The notes: a model not told the origin generated them from the letters alone. A stretch of 64,000 nt of DNA from Octopus vulgaris (GCA_951406725.2 OX597839.1:4464001-4528000); one strand, 5' to 3'; positions 41,450 through 55,961 are shown, counted from the first letter of the stretch. Program-made: numbers and translations.

Positions 41450-41790
41450 GCAGCCCGTCGGTTAGGATGACGAGGGTACCAGTTGATCCGATCCGATCAA
41501 CAGAACAACTTGCTCGTGAACTTAATGTACAAGTAGCTGAGCACTACACTAACTCACGTACCCATAACGTAATTCTCAGGGAAGTTCAACGTGGAACAGA
41601 ATGCGGTAAGGGTATTCGTTTGAATTACAGGTACAGACCATTATTTTTTTGCTTTTGCTACCAGGGTGGGTTGGAGCAACGTGAAATAAAGTGTCTGGCT
41701 GAACGATGCAATGCTTCGCCAGGCAAGGAACTCATGACTTTACGATCGCCAGCCGAATACCTTAATCACTTAATCACGTGACTACACACA
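41450..41790 (-). mobile_element. Older SINE carrying a diverged tail type 3
   Basis: ccgtcggttaggatgacgagggtaccagttgatccgatc...gctcgtgaacttaatgtacaagtagctgagcact aligns to 41050-41225. Confidence 0.7.
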
Positions 41791-41794
41791 ATAG

Positions 41795-41836
<42 letters not shown>

Positions 41837-41869
41837 TACATACATACATACATACATACATACATGCAT

Positions 41870-42068
41870 AGTTAATCCGAACATGAAAACACAAAGAGAA
41901 AACACAACAACGCGACGACGTGTAACAAGTATAGTATTATTGGGCGCTAAGGAAAGGAGGGTTCAACGTTTCGAGCAGAGCTCTTCGTCAGAAACATAAG
42001 AAAAGGAAAGATCCAAAGAAGGGAAGACGGAGGAGAAACAAATCGCCAACGGTACACACGCGGTCATA
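41870..42068 (-). mobile_element. Minimal-hammerhead repeat (motif 41961-41995), family of 28614
   Basis: gttt CTGACGA a gagc-tct-gctc GAAA C GTT gaac. Confidence 0.75.
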
Positions 42069-42074
42069 TTTTGA

Positions 42075-42154
<80 letters not shown>

Positions 42155-42453
42155 TATACATATATATAATTTATATAAATAAGGATAAGATCGTTAATTT
42201 AAAATAAAATAACGATTTCACCAAGTGGCCAGCATGGAAAAAAATAACCTTCAAAGGTAATAATTATTAAAATTATAAATTTGGGTATCAACGGGAAATC
42301 CGGGATCAAGAATTATCCAATAATTTTTTACTAGCTTCATCTTGTCTCTTTGTTTTCTCTCCGTGTTTGCGATATGGACAATTAAGGTGGTTTTAGAGTC
42401 AGATCATGGCTGTTATTTTCAGCATGGTGGTATCTCGTGGATACACTCATCTA

Positions 42454-42511
<58 letters not shown>

Positions 42512-42555
42512 CGTGTATGTGTGTGTATAAGCATATCTATCTATCACTCTATCAA

Positions 42556-42590
<35 letters not shown>

Positions 42591-42989
42591 ATCACTACAC
42601 ACAAACACACACACACACACACTCACACACACACACACATGTATACATGTATCATGCTCATGCATTTTATTATTCTGTTTCTTCTTTCACTTTGGTTCTG
42701 ACTCTATTTTTCTCTCTCTCTCTCTCTCTCTCTTTATTCCAACGTATCTATTCTCTCCCTTTATATGAACAAACACAGCTTATACTTTCTTTTCCTTTCT
42801 TCCTCCCTTCCTTCCTTCCTTCTTTCTTTCTTTCTTTCTATCTTTTAATATAGTTCTCCATATTTCATCTATCCCATCTATTTGCCGTTTCTATTAGCTA
42901 ACGCCATCTATATTTTCCACCAACATCTCTTAACTTTATCTTCATTACGGTTTCTACACTAGTAGAACGGAAGCTGTGGATAGCAATGG

Positions 42990-42999
42990 ATTATTATTA

Positions 43000-43052
<53 letters not shown>

Positions 43053-43410
43053 ATTATTATTATTATCATCATCATCATCATTATTATTGAGACCACCACC
43101 ACCACCACCACCACCACCACCACAAACCACCACCACCACCACCACCACCACCACCACCACCACCACCACCACCACCACCACCACCACCACCACCACCACC
43201 ACCATCACCACCACCACCACCACCCCCGCCGCCGCCGCCTCCGCCGTCACTGTCGTCGTCATCATGATTATTATTGCTATCATTGTCATTATTGTTATTA
43301 TCATTAACGGTATTTTCATCATTATTAGCAATGTTATTACTATTATTGTTATTATTAATGTTATTATTATTATTATTGTTGTTGTGGTTGTTGCAATCAT
43401 TACCATTATC
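42990..43410. repeat. (TAT)n/(CAC)n compound microsatellite
   Basis: Direct tandem triplets. Confidence 0.92.
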
Positions 43411-43684
43411 AATATTCTTATTCGAAAATAGAAAGAAAGAAATAGAAAGAACGCCGAAAAAAGATGAAAAAGTAAACGCTAAGTAAGGAATACAACATTC
43501 CCAAAGAAATCGAAACGACAAAATAAACAAAAGCACCAACAAAAATATAATAAAAATTAAAAAAAGAAAAAAAAAATATGGTTTGAGAAAACGGGGGGGG
43601 GGTTGAGTGGTGCAGCTGGTAGTGGCGGGGTGGGAGGAAGGCTCGGTTTGGTTTTGATTCGGTTTTGCTTCGGTTTGGTTCTGG

Positions 43685-43830
43685 TGAATTTATGTCAGGT
43701 CAATAAACTGTGGTTTGTTAGCCAGCCATGATTAATTACCTCCCCTTGGCAGAGGTCATCTCGGTCGGCAGCCATTACCTTGTAAACTGATTGACAGGTA
43801 ATTTCCAGTAACAAAACGACCCTGCTTCTC
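43685..43830. promoter_or_regulatory. Candidate developmental enhancer (TALE/Hox motif cluster)
   Basis: TGATTGACAG (43788-97), TGATTAAT (43729-36), TTTATG, TGTAAAC and two AGGTCA half-sites in a ~150-bp unique island between low-complexity tracts. Motif evidence only. Confidence 0.35.
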
Positions 43831-44135
43831 AATTGCTCGCTTTTCTCCCGCCCCCGCCCCCCCATCCTCCACCACCATTGTTCCATCGCTCTCTTCTGTC
43901 TCCTCTGGCCACCCCCCCATCTTTTTCTTCGTCATTTTTCCTTCTTCCTCTTTTACTCTCCATCGAACGACTCTCCCTCCGCATCTCCAAACCACGCCTT
44001 GATATTCCTAATTCACTCTTCCTTATATTCTTTCTGTTTTTTCTCTGTCATTCATTTCTGCAAACATTAACGCCGACGTCTACCGGATCATCACCTCTCT
44101 CTTGCCTCCGCCGTACTTACTCATTATCAATCTAC

Positions 44136-44215
<80 letters not shown>

Positions 44216-44362
44216 GTCTGTCTGTCTGTCTGTCTGTCCTAATCTAACTTTCTGTCTCCTCACTCTCTCTCACACATACTTTCCCTTTCTTTCTCTCCTA
44301 TATTTCCTTTTCTTATACACAACCTCTCTCATTTACATCTATCCCCTCCCTTTCACTATCTG

Positions 44363-44396
<34 letters not shown>

Positions 44397-45154
44397 ACAC
44401 TCTGCTAGTCTCTTATTTTAACTATTGCCCTCTTTTTCTATTTTTCTCTCCTAACTTTCTTCCATCACTCTTCATATTTTAAACATTACCTCCTATTCTC
44501 ACAAACACATTTCTTCTTTCTTATTCTCTCTCTGTTCTATCCCCACCTCACTCACTCTCTCTCTCTATCTTTATAGCTCTTCACAAATGTTACTTCCCAC
44601 CATTTCTCTATCAGCCTATTCCTTTTTCCCCACTCTCCTCCGCTATTTCTCTAAAACATTTCTACATCTATATACATCTGGTCGTCTCCCCTTCTTTTGT
44701 TTCCTTCCTCAATCACTCTCTTGTGCACTGCCCTTGTTTTCTCACTGTTCGTATTTATAATAAAATAATTACCTCTCTATATTTTTCACACACACTCTCT
44801 CCTATTCTTCGATTTCCTTTCATTTCTATTACTTATCCCTGCTTTCTTACCTCACCCATACTCTCTTCTATGTTTCGTTTCTTTTAGTCATTAGACTGCA
44901 CTCATACTGGATGACCTTGAAGAAATTTAGTCGAATGAATGCAACCAAGTCCTTCCTCTTTTCTTTCATGTTCCTTTAAGCCTGCTACTTATTCTATCAG
45001 CCTCTTTTGCTCGTCCATCTTTACGTTCTCAAGTTCAAATTCCACAAAGGCCTTGTATGTGTCATGTGCTCTGTGTGTGTGTGTGTGTGTGTACATATTT
45101 TAGATACGTATAAGTATGTGTGCGCATATTTATACAAGGCGGTATCAAGTTCCA

Positions 45155-45388
45155 GGCGGCGTGCTGGCAGAATCGTTAGCATGCCAGGTGAAATGCATAG
45201 CCGTATTTTGTCTGCCGTTACGTTCTGAGTTCAAATTCCGCCGAGGTCGACTTTGCCTTTCATCCTTTCGGGGTCGATTAAAATAAGTACCAGTTACGCA
45301 CTGGGGTCGATGTAATCGACTTAATCCGTTTGTCTGTCTTTGTTTGATCACTCTGTGTGTAGCCCCTTGTAGGTAGTAAAGAAATAGG
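45155..45388 (+). mobile_element. SINE family B inserted into the mariner left TIR, 16-bp TSD
   Basis: TSD ggtatcaagttccagg at 45141-45156 and 45387-45402. Confidence 0.92.
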
Positions 45389-45720
45389 TATCAAGTTCCA
45401 GGACTAGTTCTGTAGCACACCAACAGATGGCAGCACATGGTTACATGAGCAGTGAGTGGTAGCAGTGACCTTCATATGTGTGCCGAGTGACATCACTTGT
45501 GAAATTTTTGTTTCTGTGATCACGTACCTGGTGTAGTCTCCGATTTTTGTCATGGACAGGAAGCTGGAATAAAGAGCCAACGTGAAACTTTGCGTTAAAC
45601 TTGGGAAGTCTGCTACAGAGATATTGAGCATGCTTTGGCAAGCTTACGGCGACGAGGCAATGGGTTGTACTCAGTGTTTCGGGTGACACCGGCGCTTCAA
45701 AAGGCACGACAAAACCACAG

Positions 45721-46514
45721 CACAATCGAGGGCATGCTCATCGTTTTTAACGACATCCGCGGTATTGTGCATCGAGAGTTCGCCCCCAGGGCCAGATTGC
45801 CAATCGAGAGTTCTACTGCGACGTTCTGAAGCGGGGGATATTCGGCAAAAGCAAGCAGATCAGTGGAGCGCGAAGAACCACAATCAAGAGCATGCTCATC
45901 GTTTTTAGCGACATCCGCGGTATTGTGCATCGAGAGTTCGTCCCCCAGGGCCAGATTGCCAATCGAGAGTTCTACTGCGACGTTCTGAAGCGGGGGATAT
46001 TCGGCAAAAGCAACCAGATCAGTGGAGCGCGAAGAACCACAATCAAGAGGATGCTCATCGTTTTTAGCGACATCCGCGGTATTGTGCATCGAGAGTTCGT
46101 CCCCCAGGGCCAGATTGCCAATCGAGAGTTCTACTGCGACGTTCTGAAGCGGGGGATATTCGGCAAAAGCAACCAGATCAGTGGAGCGCGAAGAACCACA
46201 ATCAAGAGCATGCTCATCGTTTTTAGCGACATCCGCGGTATTGTGCATCGAGAGTTCGTCCCCCAGGGCCAGATTGCCAATCGAGAGTTCTACTGCGACG
46301 TTCTGAAGCGGGGGATATTCGGCAAAAGCAACCAGATCAGTGGAGCGCGAAGAACCACAATCAAGAGCATGCTCATCGTATTTAGCGACATCCGCGGTAT
46401 TGTGCATCGAGAGTTCGCCCCCCAGGGCCAGATTGCCAATCGAGAGTTCTACTGAAACGTTCTGAAGCGCGGGATATTCGGCAAAAGCAAGCAGATCAGT
46501 GGAGCGCGAAGAAC
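45721..46514 (+). repeat. Tandem repeat, 5 x 158-159 bp, of mariner catalytic-domain DNA
   Basis: atgctcatcg at 45734, 45892, 46051, 46210 and 46369. Confidence 0.95.
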
Positions 46515-47385
46515 TGCATTCTTCACGACGACAATGCACCGTGTCACCGAGCACTCCCCACTGGAGTTTCTCGCCAAACGCAATATGGTATCACCTCCGT
46601 ACCTGTTCTATTCGCCGGATTTAGTACAATTGGGCTTTAATCTCTTCCCTGAGATTAAAATGCTGCTCAAACGTTGCTGTTGTAACACCGTTGTCGAGAT
46701 CCAGAACGAATGGCGGAAAATCCTCGACTTGCTTACAGAAAACGACTTCCAGGCTGGGTTCAAAATGTGGCAGGAACGCTGAGGCCGGTGTGTTGCTGCG
46801 CAAGGTGACTATTGAGAAGATGATGTTAAAACGGAGGTAAATAAGTTATCTTTATTAAACATAACTAGTCCATGAGCATTTGATACCACCTCGCATATAT
46901 ACACAGACATGCAGGAAGTAAATAGACACCTTTAATTTTCAAAATCTTTCATTTAATACGCGAATAATTGAAATGTAATCGATAGGTAGGATTACATATT
47001 TTAGTATTTAGTTGACATTCCTTTTGTAGATTTTAATTCAGAAACTCTTTTTGGCATTGAACTGATGAGCTTTGTGATTGTCTCTTGTGGAATTTCTGCC
47101 CAAATTTCACGCAACAATCAAAACAATTCATCTTTAGATTTGGGTTTCTGTCGAGTTTTTCGTATAGCTCTCTCTTGTATGTTACAAAGATTTTCAATTG
47201 GGTTCATCTTTTACTTTTACTCGGCAAGCACGCTTATTTGTAAGAAGCTACTGTTAGTCTGTGTGTGTGTGTGTGTTTACGAACGCCATTTGCAAGATAT
47301 TTGATGGGAGGAACTGGCAAAAAGCTAGAAACTTCGGATAACAGATTATGTGCACCCGTTGATGCTTGTTTATTTATGCTTGCAG

Positions 47386-47481
<96 letters not shown>

Positions 47482-47977
47482 TTATCTACCCCCCTCTCTC
47501 CCGCTCTCTCTCTCTCTATCTATTTATCTACCCCCCTCTCTCTCTCTATCATTATATGTACCTACGTACCGATCTGTCTCTGTATCTTCCAGTTTTCCCC
47601 ATTCTCAAACTCTCTTTCCGCCTGTATACCCACGCATACGGGAATGTACATTAAGCTCACAAGCACACACAAAGACGGACAAACACACACAAACACATAA
47701 ACACGCGCGCACATACACACATATTCACAGACACATTCATATATGTATATGAAATAATTATACACAGATATACGTGCATATATATATACACACACATATA
47801 CACATATAGGAACAAATATATATATTTGCAGGTGCATATAAGGATATGCGCTTGGCCTGTGTATGCGATTATACATACATACATACATACATACATACAT
47901 ACATACATACATACATACATGCATACACATACATATATATATATATATATGTTGGTTTATTGTTGTACCACTATCCT

Positions 47978-48009
<32 letters not shown>

Positions 48010-48013
48010 ACAT

Positions 48014-48048
<35 letters not shown>

Positions 48049-48055
48049 CATATAT

Positions 48056-48096
<41 letters not shown>

Positions 48097-48286
48097 CACA
48101 CATATATATTTATATACATACATATATATATATATACATACATATATATATATATACATATATATATATGTATATATATACATATATTGTTTGTATAAAT
48201 GTATACATACAAGCATGCATACATATGTGCATACTCACATAAATATATACGCACATACATACGTATAAACATACATACATAAACAT

Positions 48287-48317
<31 letters not shown>

Positions 48318-48791
48318 CATACATACATAAAACCGTACAATTTTTCTTACATATTTGGGTGTGCAATGCCTTCTGCTTGTGTTCGTGAATTTCGCTTTGC
48401 AATGGAGGAAATTAGATTTGCCTTCACCTAGGTGTCGTGTATCTTTTAGGGAATCAAGCACTCAACCAATTTTCACACTCGCACCCTCTATGCACTTCTT
48501 TAGACTGATACCCAGGCCTACTACTCGCCAATGTCATTGAATACGAAACCGCAAAATCATACACACAGAGACAGACGCATAGAGACATACGGGTACACCG
48601 CTTATATACAGATACGTGTATTCACGTATACGGAGACTCATACACCTGATGCCTTATATGTATTCTAATAAAATATGCATGTATATACGAGCATGCAAAA
48701 CGAAATATGCAGATGCGTAGTCGAAATATATTCAGCCATATATAAATATATAACTACATGCATTATATACACATACAATATGCAAGTACAT

Positions 48792-48899
<108 letters not shown>

Positions 48900-48900
48900 G

Positions 48901-48934
<34 letters not shown>

Positions 48935-49003
48935 ATGTATGTATATATATATATATATGTACATACTGGGGCACCTGTATATGTACGCATGCACATATAT
49001 ACA

Positions 49004-49039
<36 letters not shown>

Positions 49040-49053
49040 TACATATCATATAC

Positions 49054-49133
<80 letters not shown>

Positions 49134-49622
49134 GTGTAAGTGTATGCAACATTGCATAATATCAGGAGAGACGTCGGTTAAAACAATCAAAATAGATAAT
49201 CAAAAAAGCAAATAGTGAAAGAAAAGCCAAAAGATGTTCAGTCATACAATCTAAGATCAGTCGTAATACTTACTATCAGACCTAAAAAAAAAAAAAATGA
49301 AACAAACAAGCAAACAAAAAAACTGAAGTTAAAAATATACGAAAATAAAATGAAATATGCATAAAATCACACAAAAACTAATAGAATAACCCATAAAAAA
49401 AAAACGGCTAATAACCAAAGAAATACCAACTAAAATATATACAATATATACAAAATAAAATATACACTTAAACAAACGGAATATAAAACAATTATATATA
49501 TGAAATAAATGTTTTCTCGCGTTTATTCGCCTCCATATGAAAATAACTAATTTACGTTAACCCAAATTTTACTCGTTTCTTCCTTTCTTTTTACCGGTGA
49601 AAGGTTGGCAGCATTATTATTG

Positions 49623-49681
<59 letters not shown>

Positions 49682-50043
49682 GTGTGTGTATGTATGGATG
49701 TACGTATGTAATATATTTATTTTAGAAATGTTTTCTTTAATCCGGTTTCGATTAAACCAATATTCTGTAATTTGATGAAACGTCTCTTGATATCAATCCG
49801 TTCTTTGATTTTTTTCCTTTTTTCTTCTTTCTTTTGCATTCGTATTTTATTGTTTATTTACTTATTAAACTGGTCTCGGGTGAGGTGTTGGCGGGGAATA
49901 TTAGGATTTAAAAACAAAATTATTTTTTGTAACGTATTATTTTTGTTTTACGTTACATGTTTTTATATATGTATGTATTTATATATATATATATATTTAT
50001 ACATATGTACATATATATATATGTATATATATATGTACATATG

Positions 50044-50077
<34 letters not shown>

Positions 50078-50165
50078 TAAATATATACATATCGATATAC
50101 ATATATAAATATATATGTGCACATATGCATGTATGCATGAATGAGTGTATATATATATATATATT

Positions 50166-50210
<45 letters not shown>

Positions 50211-50237
50211 ATATATATATATATATATGTTTGTATG

Positions 50238-50293
<56 letters not shown>

Positions 50294-50875
50294 TATATTT
50301 GTGCAACTATATCTGATGCACTGAGTCACCTAACACAGATTCATCGCACCAAAAGTGTAAATCAAAATAAATGTAAAAAATGAAACGAATAAAAATACAA
50401 GAAAAAATGAAAAAACATTACGCAAACATGGCGAATAACATTGAAAAATATCAGAATTTATCAATATGTGTAAGATAAAATCATATTAATATTAATAATG
50501 ATGATTTCTGTGTGAAGCATACGGACACATGCGTTTTGTTGGGTGCGGTTATATAGACGGGTAGATCGACCCAACTGTCAATAATAATGATTTTTTAAAC
50601 ATAAACTCTGTTGAAAAACTATTGAAAATTACTTGGCAAAATAAATTTGCTGACCAACAACATTGTGTCTATTAATAAGGCCCACTATTGGTTCTTACTA
50701 TTGGTTCAGAAGGAACGAAAAACAACGAAAAGTACGAACACAGTTCATGTTGTCGTTAGTTCCATACAGTTACAAGATCGGTTTTCCGGAGCATTTGCTT
50801 CCAAAGCCGTTCTGGATTTCCGATGTTTCAGAAGTAATTGTGGTCCCCTTGTAATTCAAAGGAATATTTAAAATT

Positions 50876-51150
50876 TTACAAATCCTGTAGTCTGGCTGAC
50901 CGTTTGGGCACCACTGATGACCTTGCGACCAGATCCCCCCTTCCATCTCTGTCTTCTGCCTCTCGCACTGTGTCTCTCATCTTTAGGCTTATCCACTCAC
51001 AGATGTATTTCCCCCACCTCTTTCTCTGTCTGTCTCTGCGTCTGTCACCCCCGACTGTTCTACGAAGGATAGTTTTGGCCATCCCTGATGAGAGGGTGAC
51101 ATGCTCAAACCACCTGAATTTGCGTTTTTTTACTGTGATACGAAGTTCCT
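50876..51150 (-). pseudogene. RTE-clade LINE 3' end (ORF2 C-terminus)
   Basis: VKKRKFRWFEHVTLSSGMAKTILRRTVGGDRRRDRQRKRW...EAEDRDGRGDLVARSSVVPKRSARLQDL resembles the RTE ...LRWFGHV...G.R.RGR..KRW...DR..W C-terminus. Confidence 0.85.
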
Positions 51151-51299
51151 ACTATTACCTGCCCCTTTTTTCCTTTTCACTTCCTCATTTGGGACACGAT
51201 TTCTGTATGGTATTCTGTTTAGTATTCCCAAAAGTCTGCTGAAATATTTCCTCTATGTACCATGGGTTCTACTTTCCATTTCTATATATGTGTGTGTTA

Positions 51300-51530
51300 A
51301 GGCGGCGAGCTGGCAGACACGTTAGCGCGCTGGGCGAAATGCTTAGCGGTATATCGTCTGTCGTTACGTTCTGAGTTCAAATTCCGCCGCGGTCGACTTT
51401 GCCTTTCATCCTTACGGGGTCGATAAATTAAGTACCAGTTTCGCACTGGTGTCGATGTAATCGACTTAATCCCTTTGTCTGTCCTTGTTTGTCACCTCCA
51501 TGTTTAGCCCCTTGTGGGCAATAAAGAAAT
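51300..51530 (+). mobile_element. SINE family B, full length
   Basis: Matches 23657. Confidence 0.9.
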
Positions 51531-52414
51531 ATATATGTGTGTGTGTTTCGTTGCGTTTGCAATTATCCCCCACAACCGGTGGTGTTGGTTTGTCCACGTC
51601 CCTGTAAGTTACCGGTTCGGGAAAGGAGCCAACAGAATAATTACCAGGCTCTAACATAACTACTGTAGTTGATATTTGTCCACCAAAACCTTCAAAGCAG
51701 TGCGGTGCTTCATTGTGCCCAGTATCCAATGATTTCGTTTTTAAAATCCTTCAATGAAATCGTTGTTTTAATTATAAATCAATCAAACACGTGTTACTTG
51801 GTTAACTACTCAAATTGGTTTCGTTTAATTTTCTATTAAAAGCCTCATTTAGATACAAAGATTTGTCCTTTTCTTTTTGAGAATCACACTCAGCCATTTC
51901 GATCCTAGTATTTCAGAGACACTTGTTTCATTGAACCCGATAAAGGAGAAAGTAAAGTTAACTAAAGCGGAATTTGGACTCAGCGTGGTCAATACTGAGA
52001 TTGAGTGCTAGGAACATGTCTGTAGCTTTATCCGAAACTGCCATTCACAACCGATTTATCATAGTCAACAAAGCCGGATAATTCAAATGGTTTTATTCCA
52101 TCGAATGCGATTTGATTCATGGTACCATTAACTGCGTTTGAAACCCTTATCTGAAGTGAGATTTTCCTTATTATACCAAACACCTTTAATTCCATAAAAA
52201 CTAAAATGCGTAACAAAGCCATTGAGGTATTCTACTTTTTCACGATTTTGTCTCAAACAAGGCCACTGTAGACTACACTAAACTAACTAGTCATTGAATG
52301 AATGTCTACACGGATTAGTATTCCGCGGTCATGTATAACCTTAACGCTATTCTCAGCCAGAATCGGTGTGACATAGTTTATGATGGTGCCGAACTTATAA
52401 ATTATGCGTACAAT

Positions 52415-52833
52415 GGATCTTTTCGGTTTGAACGGCAGTTTTTAATATAATTTCTAGGTAACTAAAAAATTTTAAACTTCGTATACTGGTAGAATGTGTT
52501 TATAAAACATCTTTTTCACTTGGCTTTATTGAGAAAATTCTATAGTTTGTAAGATATTTGTTGTTTTTCCTTTAATCTCTGCAATTTCAATCAATCAATG
52601 ACCGTCTATTGAGGCGAAAACATTCTGTGCTGTATGAAAATGTCCCTCGTTTAAGGAACAGACTGGGTTTATTTACATTTCTGAAGAAAAAAAGATACCC
52701 TTCCCCCACCCCTAACCCTAACTCTAACCCTAAAACAGATTGAAATGCAATAGATCGATACTAGGATCATTATTATCGGTGACAATTTCATATGACACCG
52801 CTAGAAAAACTGCCGGTCAAACCGAAAAGATCC
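52415..52833. mobile_element. MITE with 9-bp TSD and internal (CCCTAA)n, copy 2
   Basis: TIRs ggatcttttcggtttgaacggcagtttt / aaaactgccggtcaaaccgaaaagatcc; TSD gcgtacaat at 52406-52414 and 52834-52842. Confidence 0.92.
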
Positions 52834-53729
52834 GCGTACAATCTACCTGTGAGTCGCGAACCGACATTTTGACTCTCCAGTTTTATTGACAAGTAATAAT
52901 ACATTACCCGAGATTATAGTAATAGACATGAAGATGTTAAAAAGGGAGATCGAAGCCGAATCTTTACGATAGCATCGTGAACTTCTTAACCACACGGGTA
53001 TCGACCCCAAAAACAATGCAAATAATGAATATCTCGAAGTTTACCCTTCATTTTTTCTTCGTACGCATGACTGATATTTCTACCAACTGCCTATGCAAAC
53101 CCAGTTTTTCAGGAGGATGCTTAATGTGTTTTCATTGCATCCCACCAAAATATATTTTTGTTGTGGGGCGAGCGCTTGCACCCTCTGATCCAGAGCCTAT
53201 GCCAACTAAAAAACTCCACCCTCCTTTACGAAGAATCCTTATGCCCAAAACCTAATTCTTCATCCGATTCCATCACGAGACTTTGATTAGAAAAGAAACA
53301 AAAACGGAATATTTCTTTATGACTATGATTTAGTTTCTATCTTGGTAAGGAGCCATTGCACGAAATATTCATATAATTTTCCCTTATTTTCACACGAAAT
53401 TACTATGATTTTTCGTTTATTTTTAAATATTTGTAATACTTTAATTAATTAACAATTGTTTTTTTCGAGGAGATTTGAAAATATTTACAGAGGTTTCAAG
53501 AGGATTCTGACAAGGGTCAAAAGCTGAATAAGGGAAACCGTCTTCATTGTGGTGATGTATGATGTATTGTTGAGGCTCATAACCCATGGAGGACAGAATA
53601 GACACGTTCAAAGTATTAATGTCACGACGACCTCAGAAAAATTTCATATATCCTACACACGCAATCAAAGCATTTATGTATGAGGTGTGTGTGTGTGTAT
53701 GTGTGTATAAAATATATATATATATTTAA

Positions 53730-53764
<35 letters not shown>

Positions 53765-54118
53765 TATGCATGTATATGTATGTATGTTTGAATGTGTTAT
53801 CAAACCAAATACTCTAGCTATTAATATGATTCTGCACACGAATATAACATGTTCAACGTAATTCAGTTATGGATAATGTCTTCACGTTTCTACTAATAGA
53901 AAAATGCCAAGGACACAAGTTTATAATTATGTTCATGCAGACACACATACATAAAAATATAAATATTGCTATACAGAAATGCACACAAAAACGTATACAT
54001 GCTTGAAAATATGTACGTGAATAAATGGAATACACGTGTGTGTATAATTTATAATATATATTATATAATACGATATAATATATTATGCAAACGGATACAT
54101 ACATACATACATACATAG

Positions 54119-54150
<32 letters not shown>

Positions 54151-54225
54151 GGGTGTGTGGGTCTGTGTGAATGAAGTGTTTGTACTTAAGGGATATATAT
54201 ATATATGTATATGTATGTATGTATA

Positions 54226-54259
<34 letters not shown>

Positions 54260-54475
54260 AATGTATGTGTATATGTATATATGTGCATATATGAATATAT
54301 AACAACAATCGTATATATATATAAGCATATATTGATACACATATACATACATACATACATATATATATATGTATGTATATGTATATATGTATGTATCTAT
54401 ATATTACATACATGCATAAGTATATATATATATATATATATATATATACAAATATAAATATTTATACATACATCC

Positions 54476-54567
<92 letters not shown>

Positions 54568-54942
54568 ATAACAAAATAATAAATAAAACATATGCATATA
54601 TACATACATATATGTACATGCCTACATCTATATGTATATATACATGCATATATGGGTACAGGACAACCAAAAATACGTAGAACACAAGAAATGAAAACAT
54701 AAAACAAAAATACGGAACCGAATTTTTTTCAAAGACAGAGTCCGTTTTCATGTTTTTGTTTCTGTGTTTCCGTTTCTCGTTGTGTTCTACGATTTTTTGG
54801 GCGTCCTGTACCCATATATGCATGTATATATACATATAGATGTAGGTATGTACATATATGTATGTATATATGCATACATTTTATTTATTATTTTGTTATT
54901 ATATGATCGAACGCCACGCATCCACTTCCAGGTAAGTTTTAT

Positions 54943-54945
<3 letters not shown>
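54568..54945. repeat. Head-to-head inverted pair of the 7028/14861 repeat family (long palindrome)
   Basis: 54568-54716 is the reverse complement of about 54741-54899. Confidence 0.85.
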
Positions 54946-55003
<58 letters not shown>

Positions 55004-55065
55004 CAAAATAATTTGATAAAAATGTGAATTTTTAATTATTTTCTGAGATTTTATATTTTTAATTT

Positions 55066-55100
<35 letters not shown>

Positions 55101-55209
55101 GTATATATATTTATATTTATATATATATATATATATATGTATAAATATATATATGTATATATATATATATATGTATATATATGTGTGTATATGTATGTAT
55201 ATATATATC

Positions 55210-55255
<46 letters not shown>

Positions 55256-55426
55256 CAATATGTGTGTGTAGGTGTGTTTATATAGGGCAAAAATGCAGTA
55301 ACGCCACCAGAGACTGATTTATCTCGACAAATTACCGCATATACAGATGAGCAAGGGAAGGGGAAAACAGTGGTGGGGGCGGAAGGATTAACAAAAGAAA
55401 AGAAACAAACACGAACTAAACAGCAA

Positions 55427-55462
<36 letters not shown>

Positions 55463-55688
55463 ATATATATAACATACTAAAGCATAAAATACATAATTAA
55501 AATAAAACAATAACAGACAAAACAATATATAAATAAAAGAATAACGTAAAGGGACATCAAGAAAGTCACGTGACACATACCACTTTATAGGTGACATTGC
55601 ATCAACTCTCCGCCAAGCAAGCAGCATCGTCATCAGCACTATTATCGTCATCGTCATGATGTTCATCCCCATCGTCGTCGTCGTCATT

Positions 55689-55689
<1 letters not shown>

Positions 55690-55720
<31 letters not shown>

Positions 55721-55766
55721 AATAATAATAATAATAATAATCATCATCATCATCATCATCATCATC

Positions 55767-55826
<60 letters not shown>

Positions 55827-55922
55827 TAATGATAATAATAAATAATAATGATGATAATAAATGATGATAATAATAAATAATAATAATAATAAATAATAAT
55901 AATAATAATAATAAATAATAAC

Positions 55923-55961
<39 letters not shown>

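Larger units (their letters stand above)
45135..46893 (+). mobile_element. Defective mariner transposon with internal deletion, five-copy ~159-bp tandem amplification and a SINE in the left TIR
   Basis: TIRs ta|caaggcggtatcaagttccaggactagtt and aactagtccatgagcatttgataccacctcg. From 45552: MDRKLE*RANVKLCVKLGKSATEILSMLWQAYGDEAMG; repeated MLIVFSDIRGIVHREFVPQGQ; ILHDDNAPCH; YSPDL; WQER*GRCVAAQGDY. Confidence 0.92.

Noticed and set aside
45697-46554. 285-aa antisense ORF with 53-aa repeats
   Set aside because: It is the antisense shadow of the tandemly amplified mariner fragment; one stop-free unit repeated explains its length.
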